Positions 47,985 to 59,485 of a DNA stretch of 64,000 bases are shown here, piece by piece; position 1 is the first letter of the stretch; each line of letters begins with the position of its first letter. Source of the DNA: a virus; the IMG/VR virus record IMGVR_UViG_3300046002_004029, positions 3,576 to 67,575 of that record, one strand, 5' to 3'. The translations under genes and the position numbers were made by a program. The notes beneath the pieces were generated by a model that was not told the origin of the DNA, made no database searches, and worked only from the letters and a program-made list of their open reading frames with translations.

Positions 47985-49229
47985 TTAGTGTTTTATCCAT
48001 TTAGATTGCCCCCTTAACACTTGAGTTATTTCTTCAAGTTTTATATTTGACAATCTTATTTTAGTATTTCTTAATTTAGCACTTCTTTCTTGTTTCAACC
48101 TCTGCACAAGGTATTCAGGTTGATTAGCGCGTGTTGCAATTATGGCGTGTAGTATATGAGCATACATAGCTTCTTCCGCCATTTTCGGCACTCTAGTGTC
48201 CCTGTCATAAGCCAACCCATCAGAAACATATTCTAATACAATCAATAACCCAACAAGTTGACTAGAAAAAGAGATCTTACCTTCCCTGTCATTTATTGAA
48301 AACCATCCATTTATATTAGCATACTGTGGCTCCATGCCAAAACGTTTTTGCGAACTCCATTGACTGCCTGTCCCCCAATCATAACCCCACCAGTCCAATC
48401 CAGCATTATAATCAAGCGTACTGTAATATCCGTTAATCAATGTGCTTTTCGCTGTATCCCATCTTTCTTCTGTTAACGATGTCCCCTCAATATTGTCATT
48501 AAAATTTCCCTGCGTAGGCACTCCTTTATTGTCTTGTACAGGATTTTCATACGGGTTAATTGTTAAATTATTTGCCGGGTAGATAGGATGTTTTATCCCT
48601 AAGTTATCAATCCAGGCAACCTTAACGTAGTTAACATAGTCTTGTGGTAATATAACGCTTAATGAGGGCGGTATTGTTAGTTCCTGAGATTTTATACTTT
48701 TTAATGTATCATAACTAAACTCTTGTAATCCACGTTTGGCGTGAAACATTATGTCGGTTCTTTTTACGTCAGGTATTAACTTCCCGACTCCAACATAAGC
48801 AACTATAAAGTTATTTATAATATCGTCTAAAGTAATGTAAGCATAACCTCCATAATTATTTTCAACAGTATTACCGTAAGCTTCTCTATCGCCATATTCT
48901 CCTCCACTTAAAATCTTTAACTGGACAACAATATTAGAATATTGTTCAATACTACCTGTTATTTTTATTGTATTATTTACTACAGTATAAGGCAATATAT
49001 ATTCTTCATAAACCATACCATTTTGAATAGGAGTACTCAAATATAACTTAAAGTTATTCAATGCATAATTTATATCATTAGGGTCCCAACTACCAAATAC
49101 TAAATCAGTATTGAAAGTAAATGTCCACGACTTACCCAATGCAGTGATAGATTCATCAAAGAATCCTTGCGCACCGGCGTAATATTGTCTATTTGTTTCG
49201 GTAATTAAACCTCCATTCGGGATTGGCAT
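47985..49229 (-). CDS. Tail ring/adaptor protein
   Basis: LPQDYVNYVKV and LEYVSDGL, located between the capsid and nozzle genes. Confidence 0.7.
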   Translation of the reverse strand: MPIPNGGLITETNRQYYAGAQGFFDESITALGKSWTFTFNTDLVFGSWDPNDINYALNNFKLYLSTPIQNGMVYEEYILPYTVVNNTIKITGSIEQYSNIVVQLKILSGGEYGDREAYGNTVENNYGGYAYITLDDIINNFIVAYVGVGKLIPDVKRTDIMFHAKRGLQEFSYDTLKSIKSQELTIPPSLSVILPQDYVNYVKVAWIDNLGIKHPIYPANNLTINPYENPVQDNKGVPTQGNFNDNIEGTSLTEERWDTAKSTLINGYYSTLDYNAGLDWWGYDWGTGSQWSSQKRFGMEPQYANINGWFSINDREGKISFSSQLVGLLIVLEYVSDGLAYDRDTRVPKMAEEAMYAHILHAIIATRANQPEYLVQRLKQERSAKLRNTKIRLSNIKLEEITQVLRGQSKWIKH

Positions 49230-49235
49230 ATTTTA

Positions 49236-49955
49236 TTAGCTTTTAGAATTAATCATTTCTGCTTGCGCTTGTTGTGCGGCTACTTGTATAAATTGGTAGT
49301 CTTGTATTATTATACCCATATACATCAGTACCTTAATAATAACTGTTGGTTGTTCAGACACATCTAATTCAAAATTAGTAGATCCAGCCGCGTCATATAT
49401 ATATTGCCCAACAGATCCTTGAGTAAAAGCCCATTTTACATTAGATGGTTTCCTTATATAAGATGCTGTTATATTAGACACTATGGTTTTTGGATATACG
49501 TATATATTAGGAATATCAGAAGTTGTTGAAATTCCGCCTTCTCTTTCGTATATATAAACTGGATATGTTGTTGTTGGTTTTGTTAACTTAGATTTATTAA
49601 TATATAATATATCATTTTTTTGTACCCTTTGTAGTTCAGTATCATCATTATATATGATGGTTCCTATTCGATACATATTAGTTGGTAATGAAAAATAACC
49701 AGACGCATAAGTGCATGCACCGGTTGTTTTAAATGGAGATATTTTGTCGTCTAAACTTTTTTGTCTATCGGCATATTCTGAATCATTTTGAGTAACCCTT
49801 AATTGTTGGTTAAGATCTTCAAAATAAGACTCTAGTATTTCTAATTGTACTTGAGTACTTATCTTACCAAATTCTTCAGGTGTTATATAACCACGTTGCT
49901 CTTTATTAAGTATTAGCAAAACAGTTTTATATACCCAATCTACATTTATTGCCAT
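49236..49955 (-). CDS. Tail ring/head-tail connector protein
   Basis: NKEQRGYITPEEF and YIRKP, plus gene position. Confidence 0.7.
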   Translation of the reverse strand: MAINVDWVYKTVLLILNKEQRGYITPEEFGKISTQVQLEILESYFEDLNQQLRVTQNDSEYADRQKSLDDKISPFKTTGACTYASGYFSLPTNMYRIGTIIYNDDTELQRVQKNDILYINKSKLTKPTTTYPVYIYEREGGISTTSDIPNIYVYPKTIVSNITASYIRKPSNVKWAFTQGSVGQYIYDAAGSTNFELDVSEQPTVIIKVLMYMGIIIQDYQFIQVAAQQAQAEMINSKS

Positions 49956-49978
49956 TTTCTATATTTATTATAATATTA

Positions 49979-50014
49979 AGGTAGATACTGTAGGTTTATT
50001 TACAATATCTACCT
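49979..50014. promoter_or_regulatory. Intergenic hairpin in the leader of the tail operon
   Basis: AGGTAGATA...TATCTACCT, just downstream of an ACGTAAT promoter-like box (50025-50031, minus strand). Confidence 0.5.
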
Positions 50015-50032
50015 ATATATTAGTATTACGTA

Positions 50033-50797
50033 TTATTTTAATTTTTTCTCTATAGACTTAAAGATTTCTACACCTTCATCAGTCTTGAAAAATACAGCCA
50101 TCGCTGAATATGGATTTTCATCAAATGGCACTGTCATTAATTTCTTATCATTAGTTCCCCAAGTAAATGTGCGTTGGTCTTGCGATAATTTTATAATATT
50201 CATTTCACTTGCTTTAATTGCAATATTACGAAGATGTACATTTTCATCACTGGCTAATTCTAAGAACAAACTAGGGTTTCGTTTAGAGAATATTAACAAA
50301 TCTCTTTTTATCTCCTTAGAAGTCATTTTAGATACCTTAGATCCAAGTTCTACTCTTAATATTGCTTCTGCTTGGTCAACATCCATTGTTGATGCAGCAT
50401 TCATAGCTTGTAATTGCAATTCTAGATCATCTAATTCATCTACTGCTACGGCAACAGAATCAAATTCATAGTATTTATTATTTAGCATTGGGTGGTATAA
50501 AGACAATAACTTCTGTAAGTTTTGTTTTGCTTTAGGTACCGTTAAAACCCCATCTTCAAACATAATATGGCCTAATGTAGCTTCGCCTTTTTGAGCTTCC
50601 ACAAACGGACTATTTTGATTAGTTGCGTATCTTAATTCTTTTTGTTCACCGGTACTCTCGTCAAACCATAATAATGGAAATCTTCTTGAGTGTCTAGCGG
50701 AAATTGTATATGTTAACGGACTATAATCGCCGGTTAATAAATAAGTTCTATCTTTTACTTCCCAAACTGCGGAATTGTCTGTTTTTTTTGTTGACAT
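50033..50797 (-). CDS. Conserved protein downstream of the major capsid gene
   Basis: 254-aa ORF. Function not recognised. Confidence 0.7.
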   Translation of the reverse strand: MSTKKTDNSAVWEVKDRTYLLTGDYSPLTYTISARHSRRFPLLWFDESTGEQKELRYATNQNSPFVEAQKGEATLGHIMFEDGVLTVPKAKQNLQKLLSLYHPMLNNKYYEFDSVAVAVDELDDLELQLQAMNAASTMDVDQAEAILRVELGSKVSKMTSKEIKRDLLIFSKRNPSLFLELASDENVHLRNIAIKASEMNIIKLSQDQRTFTWGTNDKKLMTVPFDENPYSAMAVFFKTDEGVEIFKSIEKKLK

Positions 50798-50825
50798 GAT
50801 ATGATATAATTAATTGTTTTATTTA

Positions 50826-50861
50826 AAATAAAAATTACCCCCACTGATATAGCAGGGGTAA
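50826..50861 (-). terminator. Intrinsic terminator after the major capsid gene
   Basis: TTACCCC...GGGGTAA stem with a U-tract on the minus strand. Confidence 0.7.
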
Positions 50862-50879
50862 GATTTACATATTCTAATA

Positions 50880-52334
50880 CTATACTGTGGCAGTAAACAA
50901 TACGAAGTTGTTTGCTCCTTGTACGCATAGACATCTTTCAGACAAGAAGTTTACCTCCATTGCATCAAGATCGGAAGTATAAGCACCTCCAACAGATCCA
51001 GTTACCCAAGACTTCATTTTTCTATCGTCAGCCTGTGCAGCTCTATAACGAACGTGAAGGAATGGTCTACGAATATTTGTTCCTAGGATTTGATCGTATA
51101 CAGTAGATGTTCCGGCAGGAACCAAAATACCATCAATGCTTGAATGAGCCATTGCACCACGAGTGGAAGCGTCATTTAAATATTTCCAGTCTGTTTTGTA
51201 GAAATCATAAGATCCTCTACGGAAACCAGAAAATCCAAGGTTAAGCGCCATCTCAGATGAATTTTCAAACAAACCATAAGCAACACCACCATTTGCGCCA
51301 GCTGATAACTGAGCAAGCATATCGTCAAAGTTAAGCGAAGTTTGACGGTTCAAGAATAACATATTTTCTTCAATAGCTCCTTGAGTATCTAAGTTTTTTA
51401 AGATAGTATCAAATTCTACTAATCCACCAACTGCATCAAAGTTATTCAATACATTACCTCTGGATTTAACAGCAGCAAATAGACCTTGAGTACCTTTTTT
51501 ACCAGCGGTAGCAGCAGCTGATCCTGTACCCGCTAATTCACCTTCAACAACAGCCATTTCAAGGTAATCCTCAAAACGCAATCTTGTTTCAGATTCAGCT
51601 TTCAAATACCAGTAGTATCCAGAAGCACCTTCTTCAGTAGCAATTTCTACCCATCCAATCTGAGCCGTATCAGATCCATTAACAACATATTTGTTACGGA
51701 TAATAATAGGGGAGTTGCTAAATTGAGTAAATGTTGGAGTAACGCTATTATAGTTATCATTAGCTAATGTTGAACCTTTAGCATATTCAGAACCATAAAC
51801 GAAGATTTTCAAATCATCCATACCATCTGTAAATCCAGCAGCAGCTAAAGTAGCAGCAGTATAGGGAGCTACAGTTAATGCCCCTGTAGTAACATTACTT
51901 GCGGTAACAATTGCTTTTACTTCTAATCCAGTGGCTGGATTTATAATAACAATAGTCTGGTTAATTGAAATAACATTTTGCACAAAATCTTTTGGAAGCG
52001 CAGGTGTTAAATTAACTGGTATAAGCAATGTATTTGCAGCAGCACTTACTACATCAACACCTACATAAGCAACGTGTAATCTATTTTGTTCTGACCAAAT
52101 AACTTGATCGGAAGACATAGGCATTTCTGCTCCTACCATACGTAAGAAACCAGAAAGAGTTCTATTACCATAACGTTCTACTTCTTGTTCGTAGATCTCA
52201 GGTAAATATTGTTTAGCAAAAGACGAAAAGTCAGGATTTGCTGGGTCTGTAAAATTTAAGTAGTTAGTACTTAATGCTTGTTGTCTTTGAGAAGGCGTAA
52301 TGCTACCAAAAGACGGCGAAACTGCGTCTGCCAT
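50880..52334 (-). CDS. Major capsid protein
   Basis: 484 aa, after portal and scaffold, followed by a terminator. Contains W.EQ.RLH and GTQGLF motifs. Confidence 0.85.
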   Translation of the reverse strand: MADAVSPSFGSITPSQRQQALSTNYLNFTDPANPDFSSFAKQYLPEIYEQEVERYGNRTLSGFLRMVGAEMPMSSDQVIWSEQNRLHVAYVGVDVVSAAANTLLIPVNLTPALPKDFVQNVISINQTIVIINPATGLEVKAIVTASNVTTGALTVAPYTAATLAAAGFTDGMDDLKIFVYGSEYAKGSTLANDNYNSVTPTFTQFSNSPIIIRNKYVVNGSDTAQIGWVEIATEEGASGYYWYLKAESETRLRFEDYLEMAVVEGELAGTGSAAATAGKKGTQGLFAAVKSRGNVLNNFDAVGGLVEFDTILKNLDTQGAIEENMLFLNRQTSLNFDDMLAQLSAGANGGVAYGLFENSSEMALNLGFSGFRRGSYDFYKTDWKYLNDASTRGAMAHSSIDGILVPAGTSTVYDQILGTNIRRPFLHVRYRAAQADDRKMKSWVTGSVGGAYTSDLDAMEVNFLSERCLCVQGANNFVLFTATV

Positions 52335-52356
52335 AATTTTTTAATTTTTAATTAGT

Positions 52357-53529
52357 TTATCTTTTTTGAATTCTAAGTTTTGAGGTATCAACCCCGTTTA
52401 TTGCTCTAACTTTAAATCCTCCTACATTCAAATCCCCTGCATTTTTGCGGGGTTCTAATGAAATATTGTTTGATTTTGCAACCAGTTCTTTTAGGCCGTC
52501 GGCTTTGCCTTGTTCATAAAAGTGTTTGGCTATAGAGTCTGCATTCTCCGCAGCATACATTGCTTTGTGATAACCTTTAACATCTGACACTTGACCTTCT
52601 GTATCCAAGAACTTCTTGATTAGGTTAGTGATGTTTGATTGTTTATCAGCAACTACTTCCGGATTTGCTACATTATATCTAAAACTTTTTTCACCTAAGT
52701 TGAAATCAAAACCTTTGAAATCTTGTGTGAAAAATTCTTTAGTGTTGTTTTTAAATCCTTCGTGTTTTTGTTCCACGGATTGTTGCTCTTCATTATATCT
52801 ATTAAAAAAGTCAGTTGCTTTTTGTTGGTCCTTGTTTACCGATGGTCTCAACCTGATCTCATCATAGTATTTACTCTTGGTCTCCTCTAAAAAGGTTCTA
52901 GCTTTATTAACTTCTTCTTTAAAAGCAAGTTTTTTTCTTTTTATATCTCGTTCCTCATCCTCCTCCTCATCATAACTAAAATTCTCTTCCATTATGAATT
53001 GAATTTCTTCTGCGTCTAAATGAGGTCTAGACTTTCTATAATATTCTTTTAATAACGTCTCAGACGATACTGATGAATAATCAGCGTTTAAACGTACATA
53101 GTCTTCAACTGTGCCCCCTGTTTCTTCCATAAAGGAAACTAGTTTTTCTATGTTATCCGGTAATTTTCTACCTTGATTTTGAACAGGATCGATTACTTTA
53201 CTTAACTCTTCGACTAATGCCACCTGAGTTGGCGTAATTTCTACATTAGGTATTTCAGTAATAGACCCAACTATTTCTTCGGCTTGCTCTGGTTTTTCAA
53301 TGGTAACGACTTTATTGATTTCGTTTCCTTCGCCCACTTTTGGCAATCCCACTTCGGATTGTTTTGGGACCAACAAGCTTTCATCTGTTCTTTGTTCTTG
53401 AATGGCATCTACTGATTGTTTATTGGTTAAATTTACTTTTGCTACCGTATTCTCGACGTTTAATTTTTTTACCGCTGGTTTCCTTTTTTGTACTTTAAAA
53501 GTCCCCTCTTGTTTTACTTCTTCTGACAT
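52357..53529 (-). CDS. Scaffold-like protein
   Basis: Acidic and helical, located between portal and capsid. Confidence 0.7.
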   Translation of the reverse strand: MSEEVKQEGTFKVQKRKPAVKKLNVENTVAKVNLTNKQSVDAIQEQRTDESLLVPKQSEVGLPKVGEGNEINKVVTIEKPEQAEEIVGSITEIPNVEITPTQVALVEELSKVIDPVQNQGRKLPDNIEKLVSFMEETGGTVEDYVRLNADYSSVSSETLLKEYYRKSRPHLDAEEIQFIMEENFSYDEEEDEERDIKRKKLAFKEEVNKARTFLEETKSKYYDEIRLRPSVNKDQQKATDFFNRYNEEQQSVEQKHEGFKNNTKEFFTQDFKGFDFNLGEKSFRYNVANPEVVADKQSNITNLIKKFLDTEGQVSDVKGYHKAMYAAENADSIAKHFYEQGKADGLKELVAKSNNISLEPRKNAGDLNVGGFKVRAINGVDTSKLRIQKR

Positions 53530-53560
53530 GATATAATATTATAAAATTGGTTATTATTTT

Positions 53561-55972
53561 TTATTCAAACAAACCTGTACCTAATCCACTTAGGTTATCA
53601 AAGTTGGATTCAAAATCTTTAGGCATTGAATCATTCTGTCTCTGGTCTATTAATTGACTTTGTTGAGTGCCTTGCATTTTTATTCTTTTATCTTTACGAT
53701 TTTCAATATCATCAACTTTTTGTTTTTGATTTTGCATTTCCGCAGTGGCTAGTTGCATCTTGTAATTAAACTCCTCTGCCATTAATTGTTTCTTTATAAT
53801 CAATTCTTGTTGGAGTCGTTGTATTTCAAAATTAGATTTGGCTTGTTCAATCTGTATTTGTGTTTGCGCTAACGCTTGTTGCTTTTGTACTTCGGCCATT
53901 GCAGCGCTTTCCGCCGCTTGTGCATTAAGTTGATTTTGCATTTCCATATTAGCTTGTTGGGCTTGTTGCAATTGTTCCGCTTTCCTCTTACGTCGATATT
54001 TCAAAGACTGATTAGCTAATTTTAAATTCTTAATCTGTCGTATATCAATTACATCCTCCAAATCTATTCCTCCAGTCTGTAACGCTATCTGTATATTTTG
54101 TTCTAGTTGAGCTTTTTCTTCTTCGTCCGGCTCTATTTCTAAAAATATGCCAAAGTCGTGTAAATTAAGTGCAGATAGTTCTTTTAATGTTTCAACATTA
54201 AATATTGATATACTCTGTTTTAATGATTCTGCTGTTAATGGAAATTGTAAAGCGTCTGCTACTCTTAAAGAAATATTTTCACAAAATCTTAATGTAAGGT
54301 ATTGACTAGACTGGTTTATATGCCTAGTAGCAGTGTTTGAACTTGCTGCCGCCATTTTTTGTAAACCAACTAATGAATCTGGATCTGGCATACTTGCATC
54401 TCTCGCTTCATTGAGTCCAGTAACATCCCTTATCATTTGCAAATAATACTGGTACGTTGAAATTAATGATTGTATTTTAGCTCCACCCGACGACGTTTGT
54501 AGTTCCTGAATTGGCACCTTGCCGGGGTTCCCAGATCCATCCTGGGTCATAGACCTACCAACAATACTACCAGTTTGGAAATACATATTAAGGGCTTCCG
54601 CTGCATTATAATTTGTACCATTGCCTAAGTCAACCTCTGATAATCCATCAACATCCACAAATACACCATCAGGTACCATTCTGGATAATACTTGTTGTAA
54701 TTTTAAATGTGTTAGTTGAATCATATCTGCAAAACCAGTAATTCTACTAACCGTAGACTCAATATTACCTTTATACATTCTTGGTGCGCAAATAACATAA
54801 TTCATCTCTACTTTCGTAGTATCTGCGCCGGATCTTGTCATATTTTCAGCAAGTTCCCACTTTAGCATTTTTTTATGCCCCAATATTTTAGCTCCAGAAT
54901 ATAATACTTCTATTGATCTAGAAATAGTTGTAAAGTTATCACTAGGAGGTGGGTTGAACGCATCAGTTTTTTGTAATGCTTTTTCAAGACCTGTATCGGT
55001 TTGTTTTATTTTAAAAACCTGGTTTGCATAAGTAAGATATTCAAAATATAATACCTGCACATTTGATCCTTTATAATCCTGTCCACTCCAGTTATTTATA
55101 TAGTTACGATCACCTGGATACTTCTCTATTTCTAATAAGTCTTCTTCAGTTAAATCGGGGAATTGTTTTTTTAATTCTTCTAAACTTATTGATTTAGCTT
55201 CACCTACATAATACAAGTCTTCAAAATATGGGTCTTCTGTATAAGAATATACTAAGTTTGCTGGATCAACATATTCAAGTTTAATACCTTCCGCTTTTGT
55301 AAAACTTGTTTTACCGGAAGCAATACCTAAAGTAACTAAATCGTAGTTTAATCTTTTATTAAGCAAATTATATTTATTCCTGGCTAATACACTATTTATT
55401 ACTTCTTCTTCCGCTATTTCAACAGACTCTTTGTAACTTAGTTGTAAACGCAGTTGTAGTTCATCGTCGTCTTGCGGTAATGAGTCAGGATCAGCGGTAC
55501 TAAAAAGGTTTACACCATACTGTTCTTTTACTTGTGAAAAATATGCTTTGTTTTGCATATCTTTAATCATATTCTGAGCAAATGTTGTTTTCTTGTTTAT
55601 CGATTCAGGATCTTGCGCATAAGCGTTAATCTCAAATTCTTTTGCTGATATGCCATTTACCATAATATCCACAAATTTTGGTATAACAGGTACAACCTTC
55701 CAGTCTAAATTTAAGTAAGATAAATCACCATTAATAGACAATTCATCTTTGTACTTTTTTATTGATTGTTCTCCTCTAGCATATAATCGTAGGTTATTGA
55801 ACTTATTCCAATTTGAACCCCATCTATTACCAGCGCCGAACCCAGATTTATTACCTGTAAACCATTCATTTTCAATAGCTCTCCCGACGGCTTCGCCATA
55901 TTCTAAACTTTGTTTTACCTCATCTGGTACTACCTGACTTGGGAAAGAACTATTAGTATTAGTATAAATCAT
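53561..55972 (-). CDS. Portal protein
   Basis: 803 aa after the terminase, with IRDVTGLNEARD and a Q-rich C-terminal coiled coil. Confidence 0.85.
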   Translation of the reverse strand: MIYTNTNSSFPSQVVPDEVKQSLEYGEAVGRAIENEWFTGNKSGFGAGNRWGSNWNKFNNLRLYARGEQSIKKYKDELSINGDLSYLNLDWKVVPVIPKFVDIMVNGISAKEFEINAYAQDPESINKKTTFAQNMIKDMQNKAYFSQVKEQYGVNLFSTADPDSLPQDDDELQLRLQLSYKESVEIAEEEVINSVLARNKYNLLNKRLNYDLVTLGIASGKTSFTKAEGIKLEYVDPANLVYSYTEDPYFEDLYYVGEAKSISLEELKKQFPDLTEEDLLEIEKYPGDRNYINNWSGQDYKGSNVQVLYFEYLTYANQVFKIKQTDTGLEKALQKTDAFNPPPSDNFTTISRSIEVLYSGAKILGHKKMLKWELAENMTRSGADTTKVEMNYVICAPRMYKGNIESTVSRITGFADMIQLTHLKLQQVLSRMVPDGVFVDVDGLSEVDLGNGTNYNAAEALNMYFQTGSIVGRSMTQDGSGNPGKVPIQELQTSSGGAKIQSLISTYQYYLQMIRDVTGLNEARDASMPDPDSLVGLQKMAAASSNTATRHINQSSQYLTLRFCENISLRVADALQFPLTAESLKQSISIFNVETLKELSALNLHDFGIFLEIEPDEEEKAQLEQNIQIALQTGGIDLEDVIDIRQIKNLKLANQSLKYRRKRKAEQLQQAQQANMEMQNQLNAQAAESAAMAEVQKQQALAQTQIQIEQAKSNFEIQRLQQELIIKKQLMAEEFNYKMQLATAEMQNQKQKVDDIENRKDKRIKMQGTQQSQLIDQRQNDSMPKDFESNFDNLSGLGTGLFE

Positions 55973-58195
55973 TTATTTTATTATTTGTGAATTATCTCCT
56001 GAATTATTATATTTTCTAAAATTTAATGGTAACTTGTCTTTTGTAAAATTTGCTACTGGAGTATATAAATGTCTATTACAAGCCATAATAGCTAAGCCAG
56101 AGCTTATAGAGGCATCGTGTTTAGTTCTATCATTTATATTAAATCTGGACCAGTCATTTAGTGTATGTTGAAAATACATAGTGCCATACCCATCACCTAT
56201 CCTTCCAATGTGATTATCAATGTGCGATTCTATAGCCGAAGCGTGTGCTTGTTTTATATCTTCACTAGAGTTTGGTATTCCACCTATTTCCTTTTCACTG
56301 ACCGACAAATTATTCCACACTTTGTCTGGTCTATTCATTGAGAAACCCCTATAACCTCTTCGTTTGAAATGATATAATAGCCTTGGCTTATTATTCTCAG
56401 CAAGAATAGGCATTCCATAAAATATACAAGCCATTAATACATCCTCAAAAAATATCTCTGCAGTCTGTGGTCTTGCTACATATTCTAAAAAAAAATGATT
56501 GGGAGGCACATCTTCCATTGAAAATTTAGTTAGCCCGTGTAAAGCCCCGTTTGAACCCTTACCATCAACAGTACCCGATATATCATAACTATCACAGCCA
56601 AAAGCGCCACAGTGTTCATTACCTGGAAATTTTATACCATCCTTTATTATTACACGGTTTTGCAAGTGTTTAGGTGGTGCCCAGGATATTAAAAATCTAC
56701 CGTCTTTATTAGGATAGAATTCCACTAATGTATCTTGTATTCCGTTCTGCCATTGAAAGCTTCCTCTGGTCACTACGCTAGTGTTACGTAGATCATCATT
56801 GTAATCAATTTGCTCGTATATCTTTGTAAGATTGAATAATGATTGTTTTGCTTCATCCCTAAAAGCGTGTTGCTCTGTTCTTGGAAATTGGCGATAAAAT
56901 TCATTTAAAGCATCTGGATCTCCTTTCAAACCTTCCACTTCATTTTCCCAATGCTCTATAACACCATAATCTATTGTATTCCCATCTACGCCAGTGACGG
57001 CGGTTTTTGGTTTATCGAATACAGGTATGCCATAAGCATCAATAAATCCTTCGTAGGACCATTCCATAGGTATGAACAAATTATATAGTCCTGAGCTAGT
57101 CTGTCCATTGCGGTTTCTTTTTGTGACATCGGAATTGTAGTAAAGTTTTTTAAAATTTTCTCCCCCCTTATCTAAGGCATTTGAGGTAGAGCCCATCATA
57201 CACCTACCAATAATCTTACTCCCTAACCTTAAAGTTGTTTTTGTTACCCTCCAGTTATTTAGAATGTTGTCAGGTCTCTCCCATTTGCCACTCTCGTCGT
57301 GTGCTAATAGTTTTAACTTTTCACCATCATAGGAGTTGTCTCCTGTATTTTTCCAGTCAATCGTTGTATCAAGTCCGTCTAATTCTTCTAATTTCTCATT
57401 AGAATCTAATTTTCTTCTTGTTAACTTAGACGCTGGTATTCTATATGCTAATTCTGTTTTAGGTCTATCCATACCATCTTGGATAGGTTTAAAAAAGAAT
57501 GGGTAATTTACAGATATTGGCACTACCTTGTCTGTAAACATTTTCTTAGCATCTGCTCCAGATTTTGATAATATACCAAACCTAGAATCACTTGATATTG
57601 TCGCTAGGTTGACTAACTCTGACGATGCCATAAATGAGAAACCAGAACGTCTATTCTTTAAATAACATATCCCGTAACATCTTGAATCAGCTTTGCAAGC
57701 TTCCCAAAATATAAAGAATAATCTATTCGATTCCCTAAAATTTGGCGCACCGACATCAATCTTGCTCCATTGTAGATACATATAGTGGCTACCTGTAACA
57801 TATGTTGGTATTCCATTATTATAAAAAAACATACCCTCTTCACGGTATTTAAACTCGTTGTCTATATAATCATACCAACGTTCTTTAAATACATCCGGTT
57901 GTTTATTCCAATCAAAAGTACTTTTTATCTTACTTATTTCTTTTGGGAAATTCATTTGTTCCCAATATTGGTCTTCTTTTTTATTAGATCTTGAATAAAC
58001 TGATTCTGATAATGGCAAAGCTATCTTTAAATTTTTAATCTCGTATATCTCACCAATCTTTCCAGTTTTACTAATAACAACCATATCATAGTCCTTATTA
58101 TACCCATACTTCCATTTATTAAGGCGATTGTTTTGTTTTATAACGCTAGGCTTTATATGGTCCTTTGTTATATTATAAAGTGTTTGATCGTACAT
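55973..58195 (-). CDS. terL: Terminase large subunit
   Basis: Walker A-like KNRRSGFS, HDESGK, GST, and nuclease motifs GCDSYD...ENN...HD. Confidence 0.92.
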   Translation of the reverse strand: MYDQTLYNITKDHIKPSVIKQNNRLNKWKYGYNKDYDMVVISKTGKIGEIYEIKNLKIALPLSESVYSRSNKKEDQYWEQMNFPKEISKIKSTFDWNKQPDVFKERWYDYIDNEFKYREEGMFFYNNGIPTYVTGSHYMYLQWSKIDVGAPNFRESNRLFFIFWEACKADSRCYGICYLKNRRSGFSFMASSELVNLATISSDSRFGILSKSGADAKKMFTDKVVPISVNYPFFFKPIQDGMDRPKTELAYRIPASKLTRRKLDSNEKLEELDGLDTTIDWKNTGDNSYDGEKLKLLAHDESGKWERPDNILNNWRVTKTTLRLGSKIIGRCMMGSTSNALDKGGENFKKLYYNSDVTKRNRNGQTSSGLYNLFIPMEWSYEGFIDAYGIPVFDKPKTAVTGVDGNTIDYGVIEHWENEVEGLKGDPDALNEFYRQFPRTEQHAFRDEAKQSLFNLTKIYEQIDYNDDLRNTSVVTRGSFQWQNGIQDTLVEFYPNKDGRFLISWAPPKHLQNRVIIKDGIKFPGNEHCGAFGCDSYDISGTVDGKGSNGALHGLTKFSMEDVPPNHFFLEYVARPQTAEIFFEDVLMACIFYGMPILAENNKPRLLYHFKRRGYRGFSMNRPDKVWNNLSVSEKEIGGIPNSSEDIKQAHASAIESHIDNHIGRIGDGYGTMYFQHTLNDWSRFNINDRTKHDASISSGLAIMACNRHLYTPVANFTKDKLPLNFRKYNNSGDNSQIIK

Positions 58196-58470
58196 TACTT
58201 AGATCTCCCTTCCGCAAAACCTTTAAAAACTTTATCACTAGTCTCTTTTTCGCTGTCAACTAATATTTTTTGTTCTTCTTCTATTCTATTCAAAATTTCA
58301 AATGCATCAAATATCGCTAGTTTTTTAGTAGCTGCTGCATTCTTTAATTTGTCTGCGCTTAAATCATCATCCCCATTATCTAGTATAGCTTCCTCAGCTA
58401 CCTTAATTAATTCAAGTACCGCTTTGTGCCCAGCTAGGATTATATTCTGTTTCGTTTCCTTTATATTCAT
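58195..58470 (-). CDS. Possible terminase small subunit
   Basis: Small helical protein translationally coupled to terL. Confidence 0.5.
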   Translation of the reverse strand: MNIKETKQNIILAGHKAVLELIKVAEEAILDNGDDDLSADKLKNAAATKKLAIFDAFEILNRIEEEQKILVDSEKETSDKVFKGFAEGRSK

Positions 58471-59020
58471 ATTTAATTACAATATCATTAGATTTCATAC
58501 AATAAAGTCGTTGATTATCTATTATAAATTCAAATTCCCCATATGGAGTATAACCAACAAGGTCACCCTCATTTATTTTAAGCGCTTTTAAGGAACTATT
58601 ACCGTATTTTAATATACCAATAAGCTTTTGTTCTTTATCTAGCTTTAAATAGTCTGTATTCCTTATTGGTTTTACAAAACATCTATCGCCAAAAGCTTTC
58701 CAGTTGCCTGAATCGCCATACATATAAATTTGGTCGAGTGTAACAAAGAACATATCTTCCATAAAATAAGCACGACTATTTTTTTGTTCTCCTCGTATAT
58801 TATAGAATCTTCTAAATACATTGTGGTGCATAATTATCTTATCACCCACTTTTATATCAGTTTTAAAAGCTAATGGTATTGCAGTTACTTCTGCTAAATT
58901 ATTAACTGCCTTAAAACTTTCTATTTTCGTATTTATAATTAATTCTGTACCACCAATATTTACAGTATTGTCATATCTATAACCAACTGGTTTTACTATA
59001 AAACTGGAAAATGCTCTCAT
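58412..59020 (-). CDS. Tandem GroES-like fold protein
   Basis: Two repeats: FIVKP...DIKVGDKII and GDRCFVKP...INEGDLVGY...LYCMKSNDI. Confidence 0.55.
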   Translation of the reverse strand: MRAFSSFIVKPVGYRYDNTVNIGGTELIINTKIESFKAVNNLAEVTAIPLAFKTDIKVGDKIIMHHNVFRRFYNIRGEQKNSRAYFMEDMFFVTLDQIYMYGDSGNWKAFGDRCFVKPIRNTDYLKLDKEQKLIGILKYGNSSLKALKINEGDLVGYTPYGEFEFIIDNQRLYCMKSNDIVIKYEYKGNETEYNPSWAQSGT

Positions 59021-59485
59021 TAGTATTCTAGATCATATTCAACCGAAATAGCCATATGAAGATTAAACTTTTTCCACGGCATAACTTCTTCTCCCTTTTT
59101 AATATAAATATTATAAGAGTTGTCAGACTCATCAAACAGTATATGGGAAATCTCGTGACCACCATATACTATTTGATTTATTGAATAATGCATTGCATCA
59201 TTTTTGTAGTCTGAACCGATGCTAATTTTTCTAATTAGCTTTGACATCTTCCTCTATTTTTGTAAATTCCCCTGTAGATAGGTTTATAGATACTGGACCG
59301 TATATTTCTTCCAATACTTTTTTATATTCTTCTACGCTTCTATTCAGTTCCGCTAGGTTATGTAGCAATCCGTGCTTTTGTGATTCTAATACACCGATAT
59401 TTCCAAGAACATTTTGCAAGTCAGTTTGTTGCGTTGTTAGTTTTGTTAATTGTTCCTCAGAAATGTAATTTGTTGTTTCTTCCAT
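59020..59485 (-). CDS. Two small hypothetical proteins (59020-59247; coiled-coil 59231-59485)
   Basis: Coupled ORFs. The second ends in YG.VSINL.TGE. Confidence 0.6.
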